This document shows, in pieces, positions 1 to 13,000 of a stretch of 64,000 bases of DNA (position 1 is the stretch's first letter; every line of letters begins with the position of its first letter). The stretch is taken from the NCBI GenBank assembly GCA_964016885.1, contig OZ024746.1:45136001-45200000 (forward strand), read 5' to 3'. Under the pieces are notes generated by a model. It had not been told where the DNA came from and made no database searches. It saw only the letters and a list, made by a program, of their open reading frames with translations. A program made the position numbers and the translations under genes. The DNA comes from Eledone cirrhosa. Lineage: Eukaryota.

Positions 1-319
1 TAACCTCGTCTATAATTATATTCCAAACAGTTGTGCCATTACACCAATGTAGAAATCATTATAGTCCTTACAGTGATATGCAGGCATGTAATTAGATTTA
101 ATAAAATTGTTCATTCTACATATAGATGTATACACGAAAACACATGCACATAGACAAATACACATACATAGATATATATATAAATGTAAATATATACACA
201 AATATTGGTTCACCCAACGAGACACTTAAACACGGGTTCATAGTTTCAAGACTCAACTTCGGGGAAGGAATGTTTTTTTTTTAGATGTATATATATATGT
301 ATTAACGGGGGTATGTGTG

Positions 320-356
<37 letters not shown>

Positions 357-838
357 GTGTGTGTGTGGTCACCAAATCCCTCGACGTTCACAAAGATCTA
401 AATTCCCGTTTATTCACACCCTTCCATGATATTAATGAACACATTACATATGTTAACTAACACTCTACGAGAGTATAAACGTTGATCGCTAGAAGTCCTT
501 GAGATGATGACAAAAAGAGATCTATTAAACGCCAATCACAGAATCTTCAATTGCCAACATAAATCTTTAAACACTGTCTATAAATATAATCCATGTTTGC
601 ATATATATCCAAACTTACCAACTAACCTCATATGCACATCTCCTTAACTAAACACGACACCCCCAAAACCTTAATAAACACAGATTATATATAAGTTTAC
701 AGTTATACACACAATCGCTACTCCATTATGGGACAAATAACAAGGGCGATGGAACTGGGGGCTGCAGAGGTATTTATATTATTCTCCCCAAACTACCAAA
801 AACACATCTATGTGTACATGTTATGTAGAGACAAATGA

Positions 839-1430
839 GAGAGATAGATAAAGATATAGAGAGGAGGAGAATGGTCGGTAATTGAAAAATAGAGGATGAT
901 TGGGAGAGTATGTTGTATATTAAATTTAGAGAGGGTGACAGATTAATGTTTATTGACATAGAGAGATTAATTTGAAGAGAGTTCCTTGTAGTAGATATAA
1001 AGAGGAGGAGAGGTTAGCGCTAATGATATAGAGAGAGGGAATGGAAGAAATTTCGGTATAGTAGATATAGAGAGGGAGAGAGTTTGGTGCTAATTAATAT
1101 AGAGAGGAGGGTTGGAAGAGAGATCCTTGTATTAGATATAAAGAGGGGAGAGTGTGGTGTTAATTGATATAGAGAGAGGTATTTTAAGAGAGTTCCGTGT
1201 AGAAGAAATAGAGAGGGTGGTGATAGATAGAGTGAGAGGGAATGAGAGAGAGTGTATATGGTAGATACGGAAAGGGGGAGTGTTTGGTGCTAATTGATAC
1301 AGAGATGGGTGTTGGGAGAGAGTTCCATGTAGTAGATATAGAGAGGGGGAGAGTTAGATGTTTATTGATATACAGATTGTGATTGGAAGAGAAGTCCGTG
1401 TAGTAGAAAGGGGGAGAGTTTAGTGTTAAT
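839..1430. repeat. Degenerate purine-rich minisatellite, ~70-bp unit
   Basis: Recurring unit TAATTGATATAGAGAGAGG...GGAAGAGAGTTCC(T/G)TGTAGTAGATATAGAGAGGGGAGAGTTTGGTG(C/T). Unit starts near 951, 1021, 1091, 1161, 1291 and 1361. Confidence 0.8.
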
Positions 1431-1553
1431 ATATATATATAGAGATGAAAACATTGGGTATAATACCAGTTTCTTACCAAATGCGAAGATACCCGCTATA
1501 TTAAACCCTTAGCAAATAGCAGACCATAATTTTTTGAAAAAACAATATATGTA

Positions 1554-1790
1554 CAGTGGCGGTGTAACAGGGGGGGGGGGATACACACTCCAATAATTAA
1601 GTTTTTTTTCCCGAAACTACCTAAACACACATCTGTTTGGATATGCGCTAAATTTATGTAGATGTTATGTTTAACGCATATCGAAATGTTCTGAGCATTT
1701 TAGAGTGTAAAGAACTAAACTAATCAATACAACTAAATTGTCCAAATTTGCCCACCCACTCCTAATTCAAAAAGGCTTCCACCACCCCTG
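1554..1790. mobile_element. Possible hAT-type MITE
   Basis: Starts CAGTGGCGG and ends CCACCCCTG (imperfect TIR). Flanking 8-mers TATATGTA / TATAAATA match 6 of 8. Confidence 0.35.
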
Positions 1791-2770
1791 TATAAATAAC
1801 ATTAAAATGTAGGTAATAATCCCAGCAATACATAAATTACAAGCTATTTTAACCGTGTACGCTTTGACCTCAAATTCCACTCAGACGCATCTAATGTAAA
1901 CTGAACGTTTTACCAAATAATACGACAATACATGATTCAATCCCATAATATTCTCACTTTCACCTATTGTTAAACCAAAACTTACTTATACATTGAACAA
2001 GTTTACTCCATACTCCTTCCTAAAAGGTATCTTACCACAGTCACATATCTCTCTATATCTAGACTTCAATAAGTCACCGCTTGCATTGTATCACAAGCCG
2101 ATATATACAACATTTAGACGCCTATACAACATGTTATCTTTATTCCATACCAGTCGTTTCACTAATTTCTTCAACACTTCAAAGCTCCATAAATCTCTCA
2201 TTGTAGTGTTAATCTTTAGCCCTTCCTATATACACCATCTCCATTACCTCTAGGCTTTCCTTTTTTATTGTAGTTGGATACTCGCTCTCCATTGGTTTAG
2301 TGCGTCAATATGATATATTGTTTCAACACTGACTGGACAAATGCCAACAAATTTACTACCAACTTCATACGACATTTTACTAACTACAAGCACAACATTT
2401 AGCAATGGTTTTCTAACTATAACGGCTCCACTTATAACCAATGATACACCTGCACTACTCACTGGCGAATCTCAAGCACATTGACCATCCCAACTCGAAT
2501 TTATTTACACTGGTTAACATGCGTAGCTAATGCGGAATTATAAGCGTGGTTGCAGGTACAAACGAATATATGTATGAATATACGCGTGTGTATGTTACTA
2601 AAAGAATGTATTCCACACGTATGCGTGGATCGATGGACATGTGTGTGGCTCTGTGCGCAAGAAGTTGTATATAAACTTGAATTTACGCGTCTTTAGCATC
2701 AATCTCTCCTGGATTTTCCCTAAAGATGTATGTCGAGTACTTTTGAACAGTGAGGAAGAATGGGTTATGT

Positions 2771-2889
2771 AATAATTGCTTCTACTTTTGGCACAAGGCC
2801 AGCAAATACCCAGTGCATTACTGGTACTTTATTTTATCGACGCCATAAGGATGAAAGGCAAAGTTAACCTCGGCGATTTACACCAGAAC
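2771..2889 (-). mobile_element. tRNA-derived SINE, 5'-truncated
   Basis: Reverse complement contains CCGAGGTTAACTTTGCCTTTCATCCTTATGGCGTCGATAAAATAAAGTACCAGT...GGCCTTGTGCCAAAAGTAGAAGCAATTATT. The same core recurs about a dozen times in the window. Confidence 0.8.
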
Positions 2890-3671
2890 ATGCCTCCTGT
2901 TATTTTGTAATAATAATCAACTCCGTACTCGCACCACCAACTACACAAACGAAGACAGGTGGTTGCATTACGTTGAGTGCTTTCCATAACATTACATCGT
3001 GGCTGACCACAGAGAATGACCAGTTCTATCCAGTGATGTACCAACAAACCCAAATATATGTCTAAATATATATACATATATCCCTATGAATTTAATATAT
3101 ACTCCCGTACGGTAGAGTAAAACTTTAGGCAGTATCTGGCTGCGCTTTCTAGGAGCCAGCCTAGCTACCACCTCGCCACCATTCACAACCTTCTACTCTG
3201 AAAACTAGCCATGTGATGATCCTTAGTCATTTTTGAATTAATTTCTGGCGGTGATCACTGTGGAAATTTTAGTCCAAACCTCAGGGGTCTGTTGATAAGC
3301 TCGAAGCCTCATGGGTAATACCAGGATAGGATATATCCACAAAGTACGAGCGAAACTGTCGATAGTCGGGGCTATCGAGGGATTTTGGTAAAGTTTATAT
3401 GCATTTTTTCTCCTAACTTATATTTTAGACTTAGCTCCTTTTAATTGATTATTTGTGTAGTTAATTCCTACGGGCTAAAAGGAATGACTAGATAAATGTT
3501 ATTTGACTGTTCCTCGCGGAAAATAGTCTGTATCATTTGTCTATTATTTCTTCATAGTTACATTTTAAACTTATAACCTCGTTTAAATGAATATTTATCT
3601 GGTTGATTTCTACGGACTAGGGTGATGAAAGACTGGGTATATTTTATCTAATAATTCTTCAAACTTGCAAT

Positions 3672-3742
3672 TATATATATACATATATATATATATATAT
3701 ACATATATATATGCTTGTGGTACCTATCTGAAAACATCTCTT

Positions 3743-3822
<80 letters not shown>

Positions 3823-3823
3823 G

Positions 3824-3880
<57 letters not shown>
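3672..3880. repeat. Compound (TA)n/(TC)n/(TG)n microsatellite
   Basis: Read directly. The overlapping YI/HT/CV ORFs are translation artefacts. Confidence 0.95.
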
Positions 3881-3883
<3 letters not shown>

Positions 3884-4423
3884 AATACTGCAAAATTCAA
3901 AATAACTGCTGAATTCATTACTCGATATATTAGAGAACGTTGCAGCTACGAAGCTTTAGTTATAGGAAATACAATTTCTTTGAAACAACAGTAAATGACA
4001 AATATATTTATATATACATTACATATATCGGTATTATCATGCATATGTGTGTGTATTTATACAACAATATGTATACATGCAGCATTAAATCAGCTTTCCA
4101 GAGCTATGCTTACAAACTACTCCACAAACATACACTTCAACGGGTGCCCATACACATATATGTATGTATTCTTTGATTCGTTTATTCATTTATAGTTTAA
4201 TTCATTACAATGTGCTTACGCCTTGAAGGGATTTGGTCGATAATATCGATCCTAGTTCTTAGTTTTTCAAGTCTAGTATATGTTTTGTCGCACTGCTTTA
4301 TACCGTAGATAAACACAGACACTGAATAAAGTAAAGGTAAACGCATGCGCGCGCATGCATACACACGCACGCAGCCTCAAGATACACACACAGACACTCA
4401 CACAGGTACACATGTATCTCTCT

Positions 4424-4425
<2 letters not shown>

Positions 4426-4463
<38 letters not shown>

Positions 4464-4514
4464 TGTGTCTGTTTGTGTGTATATATATAGTAATAATGAT
4501 AAATGTGAAGACTG

Positions 4515-4594
<80 letters not shown>

Positions 4595-4719
4595 GTTTGT
4601 ATATATACGTATGTATATAAACGTATGTGTGTGTGTGTGTGTAAAGACAGGCAGAGAGAGAAAGAGAAAGAGAGAGAGAGAGAAACAGAGGAAGAGAGAG
4701 AGAGAGAGAGAGAGCGAGG

Positions 4720-4788
<69 letters not shown>

Positions 4789-4790
4789 AG
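4426..4790. repeat. Compound (TA)n/(TG)n/(GA)n microsatellite
   Basis: Read directly. Confidence 0.95.
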
Positions 4791-5629
4791 ATATGTTTTG
4801 GGATATGTTTATTAGTATCACTGTATCGATTGTGTATTCCTATTGCGGAGCTTCAGTAGATAAATCTGTCCAAAAGATCTGTTTTTGCATAAAATACCTC
4901 TATCTCTACATGTATTCCTATAATTTTACCTTGTAGAAATATCAGCTAAGAGCAAGATACATCAGTGCACTGAGCGTTGCGTGCCGTGGCGTTGGACAAA
5001 CCACTAGAAATGAAATAAAAGACAACATAAAAGTTGGAAAACCGATCAGAAAAACATTTCAAACGAATTCTATTTATTCAATTACCTGCCTTTCCTCCAT
5101 ACTTCCATACGTCTGTCAGTCTCTTTCGACATATACACATACACACACACACATGTATATGCAGGAAAAGGCAGAGACATATGACGAGAACTATCGATAT
5201 GTTAATACATTTGCAGACTTTTAGGCTGGAGGATTCTACAATTATCATTAGAGATCTTGATTTTAATATGAGTAACTTGTGTAAATTGAGTAAATCAAGA
5301 CAAAATGGTGTATTTGTAGATTGGTGATCCGCGTTGTAATAAAAGGCAGAGGACATTTGTCTAGTGACCCTACTACATATTCTATCTTCAATTGGTTTTG
5401 TGAGATGCGTAAGAAAGACATTTATTCTTGGTGATTGTTTGTTTTCGTAAATATATCACTATTAGGTAACTATAATCGGCGTTAACGTTTTGTGAGTTAC
5501 AGGGTGTATAGTATAATACATATTTATACACTTCAAATAATTCGAGGTTTGAAGTTAATATATATATCTGTGTGGAATTCTTAACAGCTGGATAGGAAAG
5601 CTGTCAAAGGAAGGGTCTGATTTATGAAG

Positions 5630-6080
5630 CGTTGGTTGTCACAAGGCCAGTTAAATAGCTCAAACGTGGCAATGTCACTGAGGAAGATGAAATCCGATCC
5701 GAAACACAGAAGATATTATCTGGCTGACTCTTGTGTGCCTGGGGTAGTGGATCTCGGGAAGATGAAATCCGATCCTTAAACACAGAAGATATTCTCTGGC
5801 TGACTCTTGTGTGCCTGGGGTAGTGGATCTCGGGACAGTCAACTAAGCAATGGCAATCGGGAGTGATAATCGCAATTTTCACAAAGAGGGACAAGAGAGA
5901 TTGTTCCAATTACGATAAAGTCGATAGAGAGAGATTGTCGTATCCAAGTTAGCTAATGGACAGTTCAGTTTTCGCCTCGGAGGCAACACAGCTAATGAAA
6001 TGTTCACAGTGTAGCAGGTCTTTTAGAAATCGTGGGAATATTGCCAAGAGGAACATTCTTGTTTTGTCGATCTCAAAAAG
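5630..6080 (+). pseudogene. Decayed RTE-clade LINE reverse transcriptase fragment with an internal ~75-bp tandem duplication
   Basis: Manual translation gives VK*LKRGNVTEEDEIRSE, WLTLVCLG*WISGQSTKQWQSGVIIAIFTKRDKRDCSNY and QFSFRLGGNTANEMFTV*QVF*KSWEYCQEEHSCFVDLK, matching RT domain 0-3 motifs of RTE-like LINEs. Segment 5684-5758 is repeated at 5759-5834. Confidence 0.75.
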
Positions 6081-6152
6081 ACACACACACACACACACAC
6101 ACACACGCGCGCGCACCCCACCCCCCACCCTATATATATATATATATATATA

Positions 6153-6208
<56 letters not shown>

Positions 6209-6287
6209 TGTAAAAGGTAAACAGAAACAAAACAATAAAGCAAACGGAACAGTACAAGGAAGAAATATATTAGTTTAACACTTGAAA

Positions 6288-6336
6288 TAACAGAAAAAGA
6301 GTCTTAACATTTCGAACACTAGTCCTTCATCAAAAG
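6288..6336 (-). ncRNA. Degenerate minimal hammerhead ribozyme core (Penelope-like)
   Basis: Reverse complement TTTGATGA-AGGAC-TAGT-GTTC-GAAATGTT. Resembles CUGAUGA / stem II / GAAAC with core mutations. Confidence 0.35.
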
Positions 6337-6449
6337 ATAGAGTTATAAAAATAAGATAAATAGAAAGTAATGAGTTGATGAAGGAAATGGGGAAAACTGA
6401 GAAAAAATAATAGGGAGAAAAACACACGTGCGTATATATATATATATAC

Positions 6450-6511
<62 letters not shown>

Positions 6512-7779
6512 GCGCGCGCGTGTGTGTGCGTGTGTGTGTGTGTGTTGTTATATGACAATCCACCAAACCTGAACTGCCCCGGGACCCAATGTGTAAATAT
6601 CTTCCTTGTTAAAGGATGGATCTCGTAAGAGGTCTATTTCATTTACAGCAAACTGTTCGACATGAACCATTCTATGCTTCCTAAATAAATAACAAATTTG
6701 AATTATAATGCGGTCATGTGGTGAATTCTCGGTGGACAGTGACAAATTTTATCTTTGAAATGTAGCGGAACATATGTTAGTACTATTGTACAATTATCAA
6801 TTGGAGCGTGAATCATAATTTCCCAATGACACCTCCATCGATTCAGCTTGAATAACCCAGAAACTGTGTCATGGATGTGGTCAGAGCTTAATAAAGGTGA
6901 CGAGACGCAAACCATCAATTCTCAGCACATGGTTCAATTGCATATTAACTCGGTCATTTGCACCTCTTCAAACTGTCATTATCTTTGCATAAATGTATAC
7001 AAAATTAATGCATTATTAGACCTGTGTGCGTCACTGTTCAGTTTAGCAGATCACGCGAACAGATTAAGTAAAAGCCTTAGTGAAAACAATACCAACATAA
7101 ACGAAATATAATATTCAACAAAATAAACTGACAAATATTGCCATATTGTGTTGTCTGCAATGTTGTAGGTTAATCCGATTCATCACTTAATCTCTTACGT
7201 GTTCAGAAAGACATTTACATGTGAGTTGGTAGGAATATTTAAAATGTATAAGTTCAGCGCGTGTGTAATTGAGAATTATCATTACCACATCGTTTCGGTA
7301 GTCTTTATCGCTTTTTAATCATTGATCTCTTCGCTTTCTACTCCGAACAAATAAATCAGTGAACTAGATGGGAGAATGATAACAGAGAAATCATTAAATA
7401 CTATGGGATATCATAATGAAAATAACAATGCCAGGAAGTAAAGGCCTTATGCAAATAGAAAAATACTATGAAACATCCACTCTAGCAATACACTACGAAA
7501 TATCTAGAGAGGAAAAATATCTAATTTAAATCAAGGCGCACAGAAAACAAACCAAAGCCGTTCTCTGTCATCCAGGAAAACAAAACAATGAATGAAAATC
7601 AAATACTAATATGACAGAAAGTATTTATTAGAAATGGAAAATAGAATAAAATTGTGTAAGGAAGGAAAATCATCAGATGCTTTGAAAGAGCTAAATGTTG
7701 AAATGAAACATGACTACAGGGCGCCATGTGCAAAAATACCCTTCAAAAGCAAAAACTGAGAGAAAATGTTGAACAGAGC

Positions 7780-9230
7780 GAATGAAAAACTAGACAACTG
7801 GTTGTGAACTGCGGGTTCAAAGCTAAAACAGGATTCTTGATTATGGTACAAGAACTGAGGCCTTTGATCAGAAACGATCAAATAAATGTAATGAAAGAAA
7901 GAGAGCTGTCCTGTTAATTAATTGCAGAATATGGAAAAACTGCAAAGAAATATTTTATCACATTGTCACTGGCTGCCGGTCTCAGACAAGAGGCAATACA
8001 TTTACAGATTTATAAACATACACTAGAAAAGTACTCAGATAATTACAAAGAGCCTATCCTTTGGGATGTGCGAATCTACATAGACAAAGGCAATGTATCT
8101 TTTAATGAAATGAGGAAATTATCCAAATATAAAAACATTAATATAGATCTAACACAAACATGATGATGCAAAACAGGTGAACGGTTGTTAATAGATAATG
8201 GAATCGAAATATTCGTTCAAAAGCTCCGCTTGAATATCCAGGGATATCATCTTCCTGTTAGTTCCTTTCTGTATAAAACTGACCAAACATCTCGTAATCT
8301 ATTCCCAGATTCGTTGCAACTGGAAATCGGATCCAAACAAAAAGCAAATAACTTTAACATGATCATTGATTCAGTGAGTCATGGCATTGGCCGGTATATA
8401 CGTGTCTCTCTAAGTGCGATGTTATAAGTCCACAAACTTTTCATTGTTAATGGGTGACCTTGGTACCTTGGTACATTCCTTCTTTACTGTTTCAATCAAA
8501 TGTGCTGTTCTGTAATGTCACTTACTCCGTCAGTTACTGGAGAGTAGTAAAGGCTATGGGAATAAAGCAGGCAACACAAACACTACAGTCAGCTTCTTTA
8601 TATGGATGCTATCAAGCTATTTGGCAGCAATGCTGGGCAGCAAGAAGGTTTACTGCACACAGTGAAAATATTCAGTGATGGTATCCATATAGAATTTGGA
8701 CTGGACAATTGTGCAAAAGCTACATGCAAGACAGGGTCGTTCTCTAACCATAAAGATATAGTAATAAACCAACTAACCATCATAAAATAACTTAACAATG
8801 AAGAGTTCAACAAATATCTTGGAATTAATGAAGGAGATGGAGTCCAGCATGCAAGTATGAAGGAAAAGATACGGAAGGAACACATAAGGAGAGTGAGACT
8901 GGTAACAAAATGTGAGCTACACTCCTGCAACAAGTTCAAAGGCATTAACAGTGTATCAGTATCAGTGGTAACACAGCTTTAGCTTCATTAACTGGAACAT
9001 GCAAGAGCTACAAAGGATGGACACTAAGACCAGAAAATGATTGAAATCCGAAAAAATACACCCCCCTAAAACCGATGTACAGGCTGGCTATATATCTCAA
9101 AGAGAAAAGGTAGACGGGTCCTCCTACAACTGGAGGCCGCATACCATTGGATTGGATAGCTACCTCCACCATATCCGAGATGATTTTCTTAAACTTGTAC
9201 TCAAAAGGATTTGGTCTGTTTTGCAGGGGA
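7780..9230 (+). pseudogene. Old, rearranged R4/Dong retrotransposon fragments
   Basis: GFKAKTGFLIMVQE and ILWDVRIYID (7810-8090) resemble GLKSETEGLIISAQD and ILWNF of the adjacent Dong. YMDAIKLFG...IFSDGIHIEFGLDNCAKA, KYLGINEGDGVQH and KIHPPKTDV (8600-9080) mirror its RT. 8220-8540 may be an inverted piece. Confidence 0.75.
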
Positions 9231-9392
9231 ACACAGAATGCTTTACAACAAGGGCCTCGGTTTTGAAAAACGCTAAGATGCTCCCAAATTGTCTAGCCCT
9301 TGTTATATGTTGAAAAAATCTTGAAATTCACTACCGTGTGGAGCTCACAGAAGACATGTCTTCACTGTCTGACAGCCAATAATAATAATAAT

Positions 9393-9580
9393 AATTGAGT
9401 TTCTACTCTTGCACAAGGCCAGCTTTACCCCAGTGCACCACTGGTACTTTATTTTATCGACCTCGTAAGGATGAAAGGCAAAGTTAACCTCAGTGGATTT
9501 GAACTCAGAACGCAAAGGGCCATAATTATGCTGCAAAGCATGGTGTCTGAAGCTCTACCGATACTGTCAAACCACCGCCA
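9393..9580 (-). mobile_element. tRNA-derived SINE flanked by (AAT)n
   Basis: Minus strand has GGCGGTGGTTTGACAGTATCGGTAGAG (A box-like head), GAGTTCAAATCC (B box), the central GCCTTTCATCC...GTCGATAAAATAAAGTACCAG core and an (ATT)n tail. Confidence 0.85.
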
Positions 9581-9594
9581 ATAATAATAATAAT

Positions 9595-9765
9595 GATTTC
9601 TAGTATAGGCACAAGGCCAGTAATTTGGGTGGGAGGAGTCGATTAAATCGACACCAGTGCATTACTGGAGCTTCATTTTATCGACCCCATAAGGATTAAA
9701 GGCAAAGCTAATCTCGGCAGGATTTGAACTCAGAACCATGGTGTTGCCGCTCTACCGATACTGCT
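9595..9765 (-). mobile_element. tRNA-derived SINE, second tandem copy
   Basis: Same core and B box. 3' end GGCCTTGTGCCTATACTAGAAATCATTATTATT. Confidence 0.85.
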
Positions 9766-9970
9766 GATATAATTATCAAGGACCATAAAGACACTATATG
9801 TTTCTTAATTGACATGAATTCTCCATCAGGTCGTATCATTTCCTCGAAATGATAAGAAAGAAAACTGAAAAATATTTGAACCAGATACCTGGAAAGCCAT
9901 CTACAATAGATACAGAAAATAGTGCTGACTAGTATTGTACATGTTCTGAGAAAGGCATTATCAATTTAAA
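9766..9970 (+). pseudogene. R4/Dong endonuclease C-terminal remnant
   Basis: IIIKDHKDTICFLIDM and IQKIVLTSIVHVLRKALSI* match the end of the Dong ORF at 13413-13712 (IQKIVLMGTAHILRKILSI*). Confidence 0.75.
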
Positions 9971-10059
9971 TAACTTGTAAAGGCAGTTACTGATGTTTGT
10001 GCTCTTATGGCAACATCTGTATGACAAATGATTGTAAAGTGTGCGTAATATCAAATTGT

Positions 10060-13000
10060 ACCTCATGTGTCAGGTTGACAGTCGGCATGGTTTGGGAAAG
10101 CTCTAGTCTTGGTTGACATTCGTTCTAGAAGTGGTAACACGAAATGATTACCCCTTGGCGGATAAGGATAAAACGCGAAAAAATAAAGTAAATGTCTAAT
10201 GATAAAATCTCATACCGGATCGGCCGTCACCCGGGTAAAAAAGGGCCGCGTCCCTCAGAGAGGAACCAGACTGGGGTCGAAAAAAATCAGCTAATGGTTC
10301 AAACCTTCCCATCACTTCGGAGCTGGAGACCTCCCATAACCGGAATACTCCTACTGTTGGCCCTCCATGCTCACCACCAAGAAATCCAAAGAAAAAGAGA
10401 GAAAAATGGTCAAGGGAAGATAATAAAGAAGTCCTTGAGGCTTTCTACACTGCCATGTACTACCCATCAAATACATCGAATACAGAACAGACATATATCA
10501 ACTGGAATAAGAAACATCTCGAAAACAGAGGCTATATTGACAGTAACAAACTAGCCAATATACGAAGAAATATTGTAAGAAAAAAGTTACTAACTGATAT
10601 AGAAATTGATCAGATCAAGCTATTAGCACAAAGTCAGCGAAGGGAAAATGAAACATGTGTCAGTGAAAACGAGGTAAACTGTAACACTTCGAATCCCAGG
10701 GTTGGGGCGGAATCACTGGCAACAGAACAAATTAAAGAAAGGATCGAAAAAGTGGAGGGAGTGCATGCTCAGGATGAAACTCCAAATGAAAATAATGAGA
10801 TCGTACAAAATATAATACACAAGACTAACATAATTCTCAAAAACATTATCATCACAAACAAACTAAACATTACTGATTTAAATCATCTCTATTATCTATC
10901 GGCTAAAGTCACCACTTACTTATGTGGAGTGAAGATGAAAAAACAAAGGAATTCCCACAAGAAATCTACTTGGCAAGAGAACATCAATCGCCAAATAAAC
11001 CTTCTCCGATCTGACATAGAAATGTTAACAAACTATAAAGTAGGTGAACATGTTAAACAAACTAAACTTAGAAAATTGAAAAAAAAGTACAGTATAAAAT
11101 CAACATGTGACATAGACATGCTGATAGAAATAATCAAGCAAAAAAGTGTCGGCCAAAGCTGCTCGTATAAGGCGCTTTGAAAAACGATCTAGATTCTATA
11201 AGGACAATAATATGTTCAAAAACAACCAAAGAAACTTCTACAGAAAAATTGGTAAGTCAACAATAGCTGCTAAATCAATACCACCCAAGGAGGAAGTGCA
11301 AGAATTCTGGGAAAAGATCTGGGCCGAAGAAAAAGTTCATAACATACATGCCCCATGGATAGACAGACAAATGAAAGATACAGCTCACCTTGAGGAACAA
11401 ACATGGGAAAATATAACAGTTGAACAGTTGCGCTTGGCTCTAAGAAAAACCAGCAAATGGAAATCCCCAGGAAAAGACAAAATACAAAACGTTTGGATAA
11501 ATGCCTTCACAGAGTCTCATGAGCTGTTAGCCCAACTTTACAATGAAATAGTTAAGGAGCCAGAAAAAATACCTTCATGGCTAGTTAACGGCATTACATT
11601 CCTGCTTCCGAAGAATGATGAGATAAACAATCCCAAAAATTACAGACCGATAACTTGCTTGACCACAATGTATAAAATTTTAACATCAGTCCTAACTGAA
11701 TACACATATGACCACCTGATAACAAATGACCTATTTCCTATTGAGCAGAAAGGGTGTAAACGAGGCTCATATGGCTGTAAGGATCAGCTTCTGGTTAACA
11801 AAATGATACTGGAAGATTGTCATAATAGACACAAAAATCTATCGATTGCTTGGATAGATTATAAAAAAGCATTTGATAGTTTGCCACACAGTTGGATTGA
11901 AAAATGTTTAGAGATTTTCAAAGTATCCCCCGTTGTCAGGAGGTTTTTGTCATTCAGTATGAAGACATGGAAAACGACACTCCTTTTGAATAGTGAAACA
12001 AAATCACTGGAAGCTGGAGAAGTTAATATTAATTGTGGAATTTTTCAGGGTGACTCTTTATCACCGCTTTTATTCTGCATCGCCCTTATACCATTAAGTA
12101 AAATGCTCAATGAAACAAAACATGGATATAAAGTCTATGACAAAACCATTAATCACCTGTTCTACATGGATGACCTGAAACTATTTGCAAATAATGATGA
12201 ACAATTGCAAGGGCTATTATCCACTGTGAAGCAGTTCAGTGATGACATTAAAATGGAGTTTGGACTAGATAAATGCGCCAAAGCAACGTTCACAAGAGGA
12301 AAGCTGCTGAAGAGTTCAGACATTAATCTTGATTGGGGGAACGTGATAAGAGAACTTGATCAAGAAAAAACTTACAAATATCTAGGTGTTTGTGAAGGAG
12401 ACGGAATCAAGCACTCGACAATGAGGGAAAAGATAAGGAAGGATTGTTACCGCAGAGTAAGAGCAATCTTAAGAACGGAATTGAATGCAAGGAATAGGAT
12501 CGATGCCATAAACACGCTTGCCATACCATTAGTAACCTACAGTTACAATGTCATCAACTGGTCGAGCACAGAGATCCGTAGGCTCGATACAAAAATCCGA
12601 AATTCTTAACCATGCACAGAATGCATCACCCTAAGGCAGACATAGATAGAATATACCTCCCTAGGAAAGAAGGAGGACGTGGGTTAATCCAGTTAGACAT
12701 TGCGTTGAAAACTGCAACAATTGGATTGTCCACATATCTAAGGGAATCACATGATTGGATGATCAAACTCGTTTTGAAACACGAAAGCACCAAAAGATCA
12801 TATTCCATTACAAAAGATGCACAAAGATACAGTAATGGACTACAAATTTCAGAAGTCCCATTTACTGCTGAAATGGAAAACACAGAAAAAGCAAAGCAGG
12901 TAAAAGTAACTGCAAAGAAAGAACTGCTACAGAAACTGGCTAAGAAATGGCAAGAAAAGCCTCTGTATGGAAAATACCCAGAGCGAGCTAACAATCCTGT

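Noticed and set aside
839-1430. CRISPR-like repeat-spacer array
   Set aside because: Whole units are degenerate copies with no unique spacers; eukaryotic context and no cas genes.
3618-3668. Hammerhead-like GTGATGA...CAAAC
   Set aside because: Both core boxes are mutated and the stems are weak.
3648-6628. Many ORFs of YIYI/HTHT/CVCV/ERER type (also near 41-46 kb, 53-55 kb and 62.7 kb)
   Set aside because: Translations of dinucleotide microsatellites, not genes.
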